A stretch of 14,653 nt of DNA. Origin: Macrostomum lignano. Its lineage: Eukaryota. The notes under the pieces are model-generated. The model was given only the letters and a program-made list of their open reading frames with translations. It ran no database searches and had not been told where the DNA came from. Every line of letters begins with the position of its first letter. The first letter of the stretch is position 1. The translations under genes were made by a program, and so were the position numbers. The stretch lies in contig NIVC01004020.1 in the NCBI GenBank assembly GCA_002269645.1, positions 1 through 14,653 on the forward strand, given 5' to 3'. This document shows positions 1 through 9,488 of this stretch, one piece after another.

Positions 1-144
1 TTGGGTCTGCTGGATCTACGAAGTGCAGCCGATGGGAAATGAGAAATTGAAGCTCAAAAAACAAGCAGCTCACAAGCAACAGCTCCCTTAAACTGACACC
101 CCCTTAAACTCTGTTCGCTCAAACTTTTGGCCATAGACACATTG

Positions 145-210
145 CCAATTGACGTCATTTGACTCGGTGGTACGAATTCAAATGTTAAAACAACCCACCG
201 AACGGAAGTG
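145..210. promoter_or_regulatory. Possible promoter-type motif cluster (CCAAT, CRE, ETS)
   Basis: CCAAT 145-149 abuts a perfect palindromic CRE TGACGTCA 150-157, and CGGAAGTG (ETS/GABP core) lies at 203-210 in CpG-containing sequence. No linked gene is visible in the window. Confidence 0.25.
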
Positions 211-1052
211 TAGGATTGCCCAGCTTGAATTGATTTTGGTTTAAAAATCATCAAAACAACTAATATCAAATTCGCGCAATGTTTAATTAACGAGACGCTA
301 AAACAAAATGCTAAAACATATTTTATAAAAATATTTTAAAATTTTAAACCTAAGTTCTAATATAGGTTTTTTAAACTACTTTGTTTTCTAAACTACGGGT
401 TTTAACAATATTAATGCCTACATTTTTCGAACTTGTGCAATTTTAATCCGTCAAACAGACAACCGGCCTGCCGGGCCGGCCAGTGTGTTGCATTTAAAAG
501 CATTCACGCATTTAAGTGAATTTTGAATAATGTTCACTTTTATGATTAGGCCCCCTATGTTCTATACTATTAAATTTAAAGCGTTGAACTTATTGCCAAG
601 GACTAGGCCTACTCAACTTGAGTCTGCAAGTAGGCCTACTTGATTAGTCCAGTCCTAGTCCTTGACTCCTTGCGTATTGCATTACCATTGTCAGTGACGC
701 CACAGACACTGACAGTGTGGCAAACTATTTTTTATTGTACAATAATAATAACAATTTTAGTGAATAACTCAATAAGTTCAATTACAAGTTGAAACCTTAA
801 GACTAAAGCATTTTAATGTTAATTTGTAAATATTATGTTTTATTATATGATTATGAATAATAGTAGCCAGAAGCCAGCCAGTCCAGTAGCCCAGTAGGTT
901 CATATCTTAGATTTAGATTTTGGCGAGTAGGCCTAACCTACCACTATGGCACTGCCACTACCTAGGCCTACCAGCAGATCCAGCAGGAGATTAGGATTAG
1001 GATTGAGATGGGAGTGTGCACACCATTCTGCATGAACAGAACACCTTAAGGT

Positions 1053-1439
1053 TAGAGGTCGGACGGGATTGAAATCTTTGGGCGGGATCGGGATCGGGAA
1101 TAATTTTTTTCTTGGGATCGGGATTCGGGAATCGGGATCAGGTCTTTTAGTGTATTGTCCATGTAAAGTTAAACAAAATTGAGAAAAGATTGTCAAGATC
1201 AAGAAGTAAAACACAACAAAATTGATATGAAGTTTTGTAACCAACAAAGTAAATAATATAATGAGTACAAGTTGAAGCAAAATACCTTTAAGTAATCACT
1301 AATTCTATAAATTATTAATTGAAAGACCTGTTCCTGAATCTCGACTTTTTTAGGGTCGGGATTCTGGTCCCGCGGGAATTCAATTTTCCTCGGGATCCCG
1401 AGATTTCGGGATCGGGATCGGGATCCCGTCCGACCTCTA
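1053..1439. mobile_element. hAT-superfamily non-autonomous element (MITE), 387 bp
   Basis: Perfect 17-bp TIRs TAGAGGTCGGACGGGAT (1053-1069) and ATCCCGTCCGACCTCTA (1423-1439). The 8-bp flanks CTTAAGGT (1045-1052) and TTTAAGGT (1440-1447) match 7/8 as a TSD. Many subterminal CGGGAT repeats occur at both ends. TAG termini with an 8-bp TSD are typical of hAT. Confidence 0.85.
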
Positions 1440-3956
1440 TTTAAGGTGTAGAAACTGGCTTCCCACCCAGTGGATCTCCCATCAGTTGTCAGTCAGACAT
1501 GCAGAAGGATACTAAAGTAGCTTGGTGCCAATTCATGACTACAGAAATTTGAATCTGGGATATCCTCATAGGCAATAAGACCTGGATTTATTTAGGCCTA
1601 TACAACCCCAAAAGCAAGCACTAGTCAGTCATGTGGACCTTTGGAAATGAGGAAAGCCCCTACCCCACCAAGTTTTGATATAGCTAGTGTTAGCATGTAG
1701 ATAATGGCCTGTAGATAGATATTTACAATGCATAGTCTATCAGCAATAAAAAGGTTGTAAAATAAAAAGAAATCCAAACTATAGCAAGTTTTAAATGCTT
1801 TATCATTATTCATATTGCCTATCTAGTTAAATAAGTCACATGATAAATACAAAGTTTGTTGTAGTTATAAATTGATAGACTATCTTGTGACATTGCTAGT
1901 TAAAGTGGTCCCGCAAAAGGGCCATTGGACTGTAGTTTCCCTTGCAATTTCTCACTTAAATTTCTCCAATGGTTTATTTTAATGTTTACTTGTAGTAGCA
2001 TGCAACTAATCTGTATCAATTGCTAATTCACTGTGTATTTGGTAGACCTTGCGTTCGTCTGTAAAATTTAGTACAATTGATAATTTCAAGTTCTCTTGCC
2101 AGCCAATGAAAATTCTCCGCGTGTATATTGCTAGCCCTCTGTGCTCTTTATTAACCCCTGCCTGGCGGTGGGCTGGGGGGTCTTCGCTTGTCTCCTTTGC
2201 ACCTCCCTTTCTCTTGCCTGGCTGCCTCGAGCCTCCTTATCTCTTGCCGCAGCTCCTCTGTCTGGGCCTGCCTGTTACATACCATTACTCCACTGTGTAC
2301 TGCCATAGCTAATGCCATTCTCGCCGCTACTATCTGCCCATCTACTTATTACTCGCTGCTTCCACTGTGCTCATTGCCATCACCCACCATGTTGCATCAC
2401 CATTGTATCTTTTGTCTGCTACTCGACTTCATAATTCTAAATTACCTTCAAAACCATTGTTGCAGCCGCCAGTGTCCCAAGCACAATAAGTTTTGTATTG
2501 ACATTAACCATTTCTAATATTGATCTCAACAATAAATTAACTACGGCAGTTTCCTGCCCTTATCCGCCAAGTGCTCCGCTACACCGTCCGCTTTGCAAGA
2601 ATTGACTTCGATTCATTTTGGGACTACAACAACTTACAATAATTCTCATCAAACGGCCCTTTTAAGGGCCCTAGCCACTACGCCAATAACATGACAATCT
2701 CCTCTTTACCATTTTTAAATAACATGATAAATCTACTTTTTTAACTAACTTTTTTATTAAATTTTCTATATTAAAGTAGGCAAAATTGTTATATACCCTA
2801 TTGGAATAAGTGAACAAAAGGCATCCAACCATCCATTGCAATTTCAGAATTTTCTAGTGGCATGTTGTAGCTAGAGTAAAGACAGGTGGTTTTGTAATGC
2901 AATGCCATTTTCTAGTAAATTGCAAGAGCAACTATGACTATGGTTGTTTTTAAATGACCACTTATTCAACAAATACATTGAAAAAGTGCGAGTTTGTTTT
3001 CCTAAAGGCTAAATGCCTTTGTTATCTAATTAGTACTACACCTATATTTGGTACAAAAATTCAATGCAAACATGTTCTATGTTGCCTCACATTTTTGAGC
3101 TATAATTTTAGACCCCATGTTGCATGTTTGCAGGTTTTCTACACTTATATTTCAATAAATTTGCATAGGATAATTCTATATTTATATATAAATTTCATAT
3201 TTGAATTACTGGACCATCTAGGGATACATATTAAATCAGGCTAGATGGCCAGCTTGCTCAGCTTTAGATATAAAATATTAATAGAAAAACCATGTTTAGG
3301 GTCATTCCATATAATTATGGTTGTAACATGACAGACTATTTTTACTTATAAAATGAAATCTAATAATAGAATATACTAAACCAATATTTGGAATGAAAGA
3401 TTATTTTGTCAAGAATATGTTTATAAAGTTTCATATAGATATCATCAATAGTATAGATGCTATTAAACCTTGAATGGCACTTATGGTCGTAACAACAAGA
3501 TTTTTAACATATAGAGACTAAAAAGGTAAAAGTCTTATAACATTTTTCATTTTTAATATTTTGCAATAATTTTTTTTTAATTTGACTAAGAACATCTTTA
3601 GAAGTCATACTTTTTATTAGAATATATAAACTCAAAAAGGCAACAAATATACAAAAGAAAAGGCAGCCTTATGGTCATAACATTATGGTCATAACATATT
3701 TTTTTCTGTCAATTCAGTAACTTTGAGGCATTAATATATTCAAAATATAATAAATTATATGGTTGCTAATGTTTTTATCTGATGATGCAAGTAGGCCTAC
3801 TGTAATTTAATACATAGTTTGTTTTAACTTTCTAAAGCTTTCTATTTGTTTTTAAAAGGTACATAAACTTAATGATGTCTTTTTCTTAGAAAATGTCCAA
3901 TTTTTTTTACAAAAATAACTTTTTGCCAATTGATAACATACTAATCCAACATTTTA

Positions 3957-4781
3957 CGAGGGGTGTCCCAAAAGTTCCCGGAATGTCTAACATAGCTCTT
4001 CAACAGAGCCATGAAATTTCACGCCCATGGTGTCAAATGAAAAGAAATTTTGTCACAAAGAATACAAAGTTAAAATCATGTTGATATCTTTTTTTATTCA
4101 AGAGCTACAGCAAGAAACGTGCGCAAAGGTCAGGGGTAGTGTTACACAACCTCAACAATCTATGGCAATAATTTTTTCATCTCCATTTTTGGAGTTTTTC
4201 ATTTTGAATTCGTGCTACTGACGTGTCAGAAAGATGTGGTAGTGTCTATGGAAAAAAGCAGAAATGCTCATAAAGCTAATCTGAGCTTTTGCGCGAGTGC
4301 AGATAATTCGTATCAAGCGCTTGCTTCAACTTGAAATTTTTTGCAAAATGAGTTTCTTCAGAGCCTTGAAAGTCAGCAAAGTCAAGTTTTTGCCCTTTGG
4401 TCAGTAGGATGGAGTGGAGCCAAGATTTCTGACCACTTATTCTCCATCCACGGTGAGAACAGCCTGAAAAAAGCTGCAATTTACGGATGGATCGAATGCT
4501 TTAGAGATGGCCAGTCTGCTGTGAATGAATTCAAAATGAAAAATTCCAAAAATGGAGATGAAAAAATTATTGCCATAGATTGTTGAGGTTGTGTAACACT
4601 ACCCCTGACCTTTGCACAAGTTTCTTGCTGTAGCTCTTGAATAAAAAAATATATCAACATGATTTTAACTTTGTATTCTTTGTGACAAAATTTCCTTTCA
4701 TTTGACACCATGGGCATGAAATTTCATGGCTCTGTTGAAGAGCTACGTTAGACATTCCAGGAACTTTTGGGACACCCCTTG
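3957..4781 (+). mobile_element. Internally deleted mariner-like (Tc1/mariner) element with 255-bp inverted arms
   Basis: Flanked by TA (3955-3956 and 4782-4783). Termini are CGAGGGGTGTCCCAAAAGTT and AACTTTTGGGACACCCCTTG. Arms 3957-4211 and 4527-4781 are reverse complements with 9 mismatches by manual count, and a transposase remnant lies between them. Confidence 0.9.
4341..4532 (+). pseudogene. Mariner transposase N-terminal helix-turn-helix remnant
   Basis: QVFALWSVGWSGAKISDHLFSIHGENSLKKAAIYGWIECFRDGQSAVNE matches the mariner (Mos1-like HTH) pattern G.S...I...L...YG...L....VY.W...F..G..SV.D. It is truncated where the right arm starts (GAATTC 4527-4532). Confidence 0.8.
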
Positions 4782-5083
4782 TATCATTTATTTATTCTTA
4801 GATTGTATACATTACATATAAAAAAGATTAGGTAAAAAATTGGCTGATAAGGCAATGACAAGCAAAAATATTGACTTTTTTCTATTTTTCAAAGATGTCT
4901 ATCTTATATAGGAATGGGCCTTTAGGCAAAAATGATCATAGTGGTCAGTAAGCACAATGCATTATAAAAATATTGAAATTTTAATGTATAAAAAGTGTTA
5001 TAGCTTTTTTTATTACATGACTAATTTTCAAAAGTAACATATTTGTGTCATATTTAACATATAAAAAAGTAAAATTTAACATA

Positions 5084-5901
5084 GAGGGGCATCTAGAAAG
5101 TAGTATTACTATTACTTGGTGTGGATGTATGGAAAGTTGCACTTGCATGAGTTTGGTGTCATTTGAAAGCAGCAAGTCTCTTATTTAAAATGACACCAAT
5201 TGCAAGAGATTTGAATATGTGCTTCAAGAGATATGGATAATTAAGTAGAGAAAGGTCAGTCATAGACTTACATAAGCTAAAATTTAAGCTAAAAATAGCA
5301 TTCAGCTTGAATTTTTATCAATTTTTCTTGCATGCATAAACTGTCTATGGCCAAATTTGATGTAGTAAATGAGAGGGGCTGCCTCAGAAAACTAAGACTG
5401 CAGTTGCTGTGCTAAGTCCATAATAGTTGCAATCAATTGGAGAGCAAGGTTAGGGTCCTGTTGCACCAGATTCCAAGAACTCTGGATGTAGACGCCATTG
5501 ACAAGATGTGAGACCAATCGGAGAAGTGTGTCATGTCTGGTGGTGACTACATTGAGAAGACAACTCTGCCAACCAATGAGTTATTTTAACATTGTTTGCT
5601 TGTATAACAATTTTGCTTGTTATCATCTGTTATCACCTGTTTTTTACTGTACTTTTGTTGTGTTGTTTGGATTTTCTTGGAGTGATTAATAAGTTTTCTG
5701 TAGACACAGCTTATGTAAGTCTATGACTGACCTTTCTCTACTTAATTATCCATATCTCTTGAAGCACATATTCAAATCTCTTGCAATTGGTGTCATTTAA
5801 AGAAGAGACTTGCCACTTTCAAATGACACAAAACTCATGCAAGTGCAACTTTCCATAGGTCCACACTGAGTAATAGTAACACTACTTTCCAGATGCCCCT
5901 C
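5084..5901 (+). mobile_element. Second internally deleted mariner-like element with ~195-bp inverted arms
   Basis: Arms 5084-5278 and 5708-5901 are reverse complements (about 11 substitutions plus 1 indel, manual count). The terminus GAGGGGCATC resembles the CGAGGGG terminus of the neighbouring element. The TA TSD is not cleanly preserved, so the ends are uncertain by 1-2 bp. Confidence 0.85.
5419..5589 (+). pseudogene. Mariner transposase C-terminal remnant
   Basis: The frame from 5419 reads HNSCNQLESKVRVLLHQIPRTLDVDAIDKM*DQSEKCVMSGGDYIEK, matching the mariner C-terminal signature (GI.KL..RW.KC....GDY.EK). The in-frame TGA at 5509-5511 is explainable as CGA>TGA. This frame is not in the ORF track. 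Confidence 0.8.
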
Positions 5902-6486
5902 ATTTATTATAATATATATGTATAGATACTTTAATATTGAGATTTTATTAGATTAGATGAATAGATAAGGATGATATAGATAAGGATCTATATTGATTCT
6001 CTTTTATATAAAAGCAAGCCTAATAGTGAAACATTATTGGTAATCTAAAAACCTCAAATTTAATTTTAATAAAAGTATTTTTCTATGGCTTAAAGAATAA
6101 CAAAACAAAGCTACATATAACTATAATTAAAAATCAGGGTTTGCCCATTTCTATACTTGATAGGATGTCAATGCATTTTTAGATTTTCAAAAAGATGCCA
6201 GTGTGCTAGCAAAATGTTGTTTTTGCCAGATATCTAATGTCAGAACCTTTACTTTAATAAAGTCATGTGGGATAAACCTAGAACATCAAGATTGCTAATG
6301 AAAAATAAAGTAAAAAATTACAAGCCAATTATAAAACTTAAGCATTTGATTCATATATTCCAACATTGGTATATAATAATGAATCATGTTTAATGATTAT
6401 GGCTAATACTAATAAATAAGCTAATTATAATATTTATAATTATTAAACTTAAAATGATGCTTAGATATTGATTCTAGCTAGTGTCA

Positions 6487-6960
6487 GTTAGCCAATTGGA
6501 ATGTCTATGATGATTCTGATTTGTATTGATTTGGAATGCTTTTATTGATGTTTAGGTTTTGTATAGGATATTATATGTTAGCCCAGCTGGATTGTCTATG
6601 GTAATTCCCTGGTCCAAGTTGTATCTAATAAGCAAACTAACCCAACTGGAATGTTTATGGTAATTCCTTGGTCTTTGTTTTATTCAGTGAGCTAATCTAT
6701 CAGGAATATCTATGGTAATTTCTCAGTCTCAGCTGTATCCAGTGAGCTAATCCAACTGGAACACCTATTGTCTCTGGTAATTCATTGGTCATTCAGTGAG
6801 CTAATCTATCTGAAATGTCTATGGTAATTTCTTGGTCTCAGTTTTATTCAGTTAGCCAGCCTAAGTGAAATGTCTATGGTAATTTCTTGGTACCGTCATT
6901 TTTATTCAGTAAGCTAATTAGCTAGACAGTGAAGTGTCTGATAATTCATTGGCCTCAAAG
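6487..6960. repeat. Degenerate ~55-bp tandem repeat, about 7-8 units
   Basis: The core (A)ATGTCTATGGTAATT(T/C)CTTGGTC...TATTCAGTGAGCTAAT recurs, with anchors at ~6597, 6656, 6711, 6773, 6820, 6875 and 6938 (spacing 47-63 bp). Confidence 0.8.
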
Positions 6961-7020
6961 GTATCAATCCTACAAGTTCCTGACTGATTTAAAACTCCTT
7001 TCTGTACTTCTAAAATTTTA

Positions 7021-8496
7021 GTTTTTTTGCGCGAAAACAGGGCTTATTATTTTAATAATGACTCTAACATTCAGATATCATACAGAAATATAGATTTTCT
7101 AATGACTTTGCAGCTAGGACTATTGCTCTATTGTTTTCCTTTTCCGCCAATTTAGCGTGTGTGTGGGCGGGACTCTGTGGGCCGACTTTTTTGGAAGTGA
7201 AACACAAACCTGTTTTTTGGATTATTAGAATGACGCAGTTCTCTAGTTCTTATGCGTAGTTCTATGCATGCGTGTTGCGAGTTATAGCTATGGTGGATAG
7301 ATGTTTATAATCGACTCAAATTAATCTATATGCATATTATCATCTCGAATGCATTAATACTCAGTCCAAATTTATAAATTATTAGAGAAATTGAAGTAAA
7401 GAAAGAGTTTCAGTGGGTTTACAGTTCTTTTCTCTCCTCTTTTGGTTTCCATGGTCTTGAAGCTGGGGGAATAGAAAATGCTATATTGATACAGTATAGA
7501 CTCTGCGCGTGTGTATAATTTGATGGCTTGGCCTGACAAGGGTACCAGAGAATAGCGCGGGCTGGAGGTTGAGGCACTGCAAATGATAGAAGGAGAGATG
7601 AAGATGAAGGGATAGAAGGGAACTGCAATGCCTTGGCGATGGAATAAGGAACATTGCGCGCGCGGTGAAACCATTTTCCTATCTATATATATGTATATAT
7701 ACACTGTTTTTTTTCACTTTCCCTCTTTCCCACCACCCAGCCTCCTTCTACCCGGTTTCCAACGTGCATCAAAGAGCAAAAGAGAAAAAAACTCGCTGAA
7801 CAGGGACTTCTAGTTACTAGTAAAACAATTGGACTGGAACGACGCCCCATAGACATTCTCAAATCGGCCGTCACTCGTAGTATAAATGAACGTAGTACAG
7901 TTGAGATTGTGTACAGTATTCGTTCTAGGCTTATCCCAAGAATCCGATTCAGTTTGCCTTGAGAATGGTATACGCGCTAACCGCGGTCAACTCTGCTTAA
8001 CCTGTGCAGCTTGCTTGCGCTAATTTGCTGATCATATAAATATTCAAATTCTATAGTGATAGCCTCCAGTTCGGATGGTCGCCTGTCCGATTCCAGTCCA
8101 AGTCTCTTTAAAAGTCACCGACCTCGCTTCGCTCTGAAGATATCCCTTTCTGTGCTGCTTTGCCTTGTCGAAAAAATGCCACCACCACCCCCTTGGGGCA
8201 GCCAATAGGGAATAGTCTACAAATGGGTTGCCCTCGCGCACTTAGCTCTCTCCCTCTCTGTTTCGGGATCTTAATCCTCTTTCAGCTGGGTAGGGGTTTG
8301 TACGTTTTTTCAACTATTAAAAAGAAGATAGAACAGACAAGATAGAGAGACAGAAAACAGGAGAAAAGTTCCAGTAACTGCATGCACGCAATGCCGTGCA
8401 GTGTCAAGGGTTAGCAACTTTTAAAATTGAAAGTTAAGTCCAGACTAAAAAAAGCAAGAGAAAAACAGTCCAGACTTTCTATTTTATACCTTGCAG
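7021..8496 (+). promoter_or_regulatory. CpG-rich putative promoter/5' region of the downstream gene
   Basis: CpG is frequent here after a nearly CpG-free 4790-7000 stretch. Motifs include E2F-type GCGCGAAA 7029-7036, CCAAT 7147-7151, GC box GGGCGGGAC 7165-7173 and a further CCAAT near 8205. A pyrimidine-rich acceptor CTTTCTATTTTATACCTTGCAG ends at 8496. The TSS cannot be placed. Confidence 0.4.
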
Positions 8497-8609
8497 TTGG
8501 TCAACTCAATTGTTGGCATGGATTTACAACTATAGACATTTTTTTTGAACAGAGAAACACAAACAACAGAGAAGATCAGAGAAGATAACAGTTGGCAGCG
8601 TCGCTCTCC

Positions 8610-9407
8610 ATGCCATGCTGCGTTGCTGGCGGCGCCTGTTGCGGCGGTAGCGAGTGGACCAACAATCGCTTCTATTGCCGCTCTTTGTCCAGTAACAGCG
8701 TTGACAACAATGCCAGCAGTTGCTATCGGTTCTGTAGTGAACGAAAGCGAAGATTTAGCAGAAATTCATCTGTAATAATTCGTTTTGGAAATATCTTCTT
8801 CTGTCTACTGATAATATTAATAGTGTTGAGTTGTTTGGCCTCGGCTAGTGAAGAACCAGCTGATTTCCTATCTACAGTGCTGTCAATCTGTCCCAAGACA
8901 TTTCCTAGTCGAACTCGGCGTAGTCAGCAATCGTTCGATCTGTCATCTGTTACAGCAGAAGTAGACAATGTTGATAATAATTCAACATTTGTTGCGCTGA
9001 CAAATCATAATCTTTTAATTAGCCAGCTCTGTCAGGAGAACTATAATGATAATAATAACCAATCTTCCGAGTCTGAATTGCTACTCCTAGCTAGATTGTT
9101 GAACCGGTTCAATCGCAGTCTGTACCGAGTGCCGAATTGTCGCCACCTTCCTATCCAGTATGTTCTGCCCCAATTCGATGGCTGCTCTAATCTTACTGCC
9201 ATTTTAACTAAGACACTTTCTGAACGTAATCTGACAGCAGTCCGAGCCGTCAGATCGTTAGCCTGCGACTGTATTGATCGGCTATTGATTGTATCGGCTG
9301 ATTTAGAATTTGTATTGGAAAATTTTCATTTGCTTGTTGATCGAATCTATTTTACTAAGTCTTCTGTGGACAGGGCGGCGCACCAGAGACAGATGCAGGC
9401 CTGTCAG
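8610..9407 (+). CDS. First coding exon (266 codons) of a Cys-rich membrane-anchored/secreted glycoprotein; probable FAM155/NALF/NLF-1-like NALCN auxiliary subunit
   Basis: This is the longest ORF. An in-frame TAA at 8586 precedes the first ATG at 8610, and a canonical phase-0 donor CAG|GTGAGT lies at 9407/9408. The protein has a hydrophobic segment (IFFCLLIILIVLSCLASA), an RTRR furin-type site and N-glycosylation sequons (NST, NQS, NRS, NLT x2). The Cys-spaced block VPNC..LPIQYVL...GCS...ACDCIDRLL.....EFVLENFHLLVDRI...SSV...ACQ resembles my recollection of FAM155A LSFC..YTLWELF...NCS...CRQCVEAY.....AQEKYEEFESVLHKY...YSV..CPEDCK. The exon is well supported (~0.9), the family call less so (~0.55). 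Confidence 0.7.
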
Positions 9408-9488
9408 GTGAGTTGCATTTTTAATTGGTCTTCTCTCACATTTTGTTTCCATCTAATGAGTTCTAATCTCACTATCCGAATGTATCTA

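Noticed and set aside
933-1280. 115-aa minus ORF with a hydrophobic N-terminus and PIPIP repeats
   Set aside because: It derives from the AT-rich interior and CGGGAT repeats of the hAT MITE.
3893-4717. ORFs 3893..4084, 4027..4221, 4276..4479 and 4481..4717 as genes
   Set aside because: 4027..4221 and 4481..4717 are mirror translations of the inverted arms. The others lie in an arm or are antisense to the transposase remnant.
4341-5589. A split or domesticated functional transposase gene
   Set aside because: The catalytic DD(34-41)D core is absent, there is an internal stop, and the fragments sit in elements with different TIRs.
4981-5689. ORFs 4981..5175 and 5498..5689
   Set aside because: Both overlap the second mariner-like element, and the true transposase similarity is in a different frame (5419-5589).
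7372-8345. Short ORFs in the CpG-rich upstream region, including the 110-aa minus ORF
   Set aside because: They show no recognisable domains, overlap in conflicting frames, and start in TA-rich microsatellite or at alternative codons. The region is better explained as promoter/UTR.
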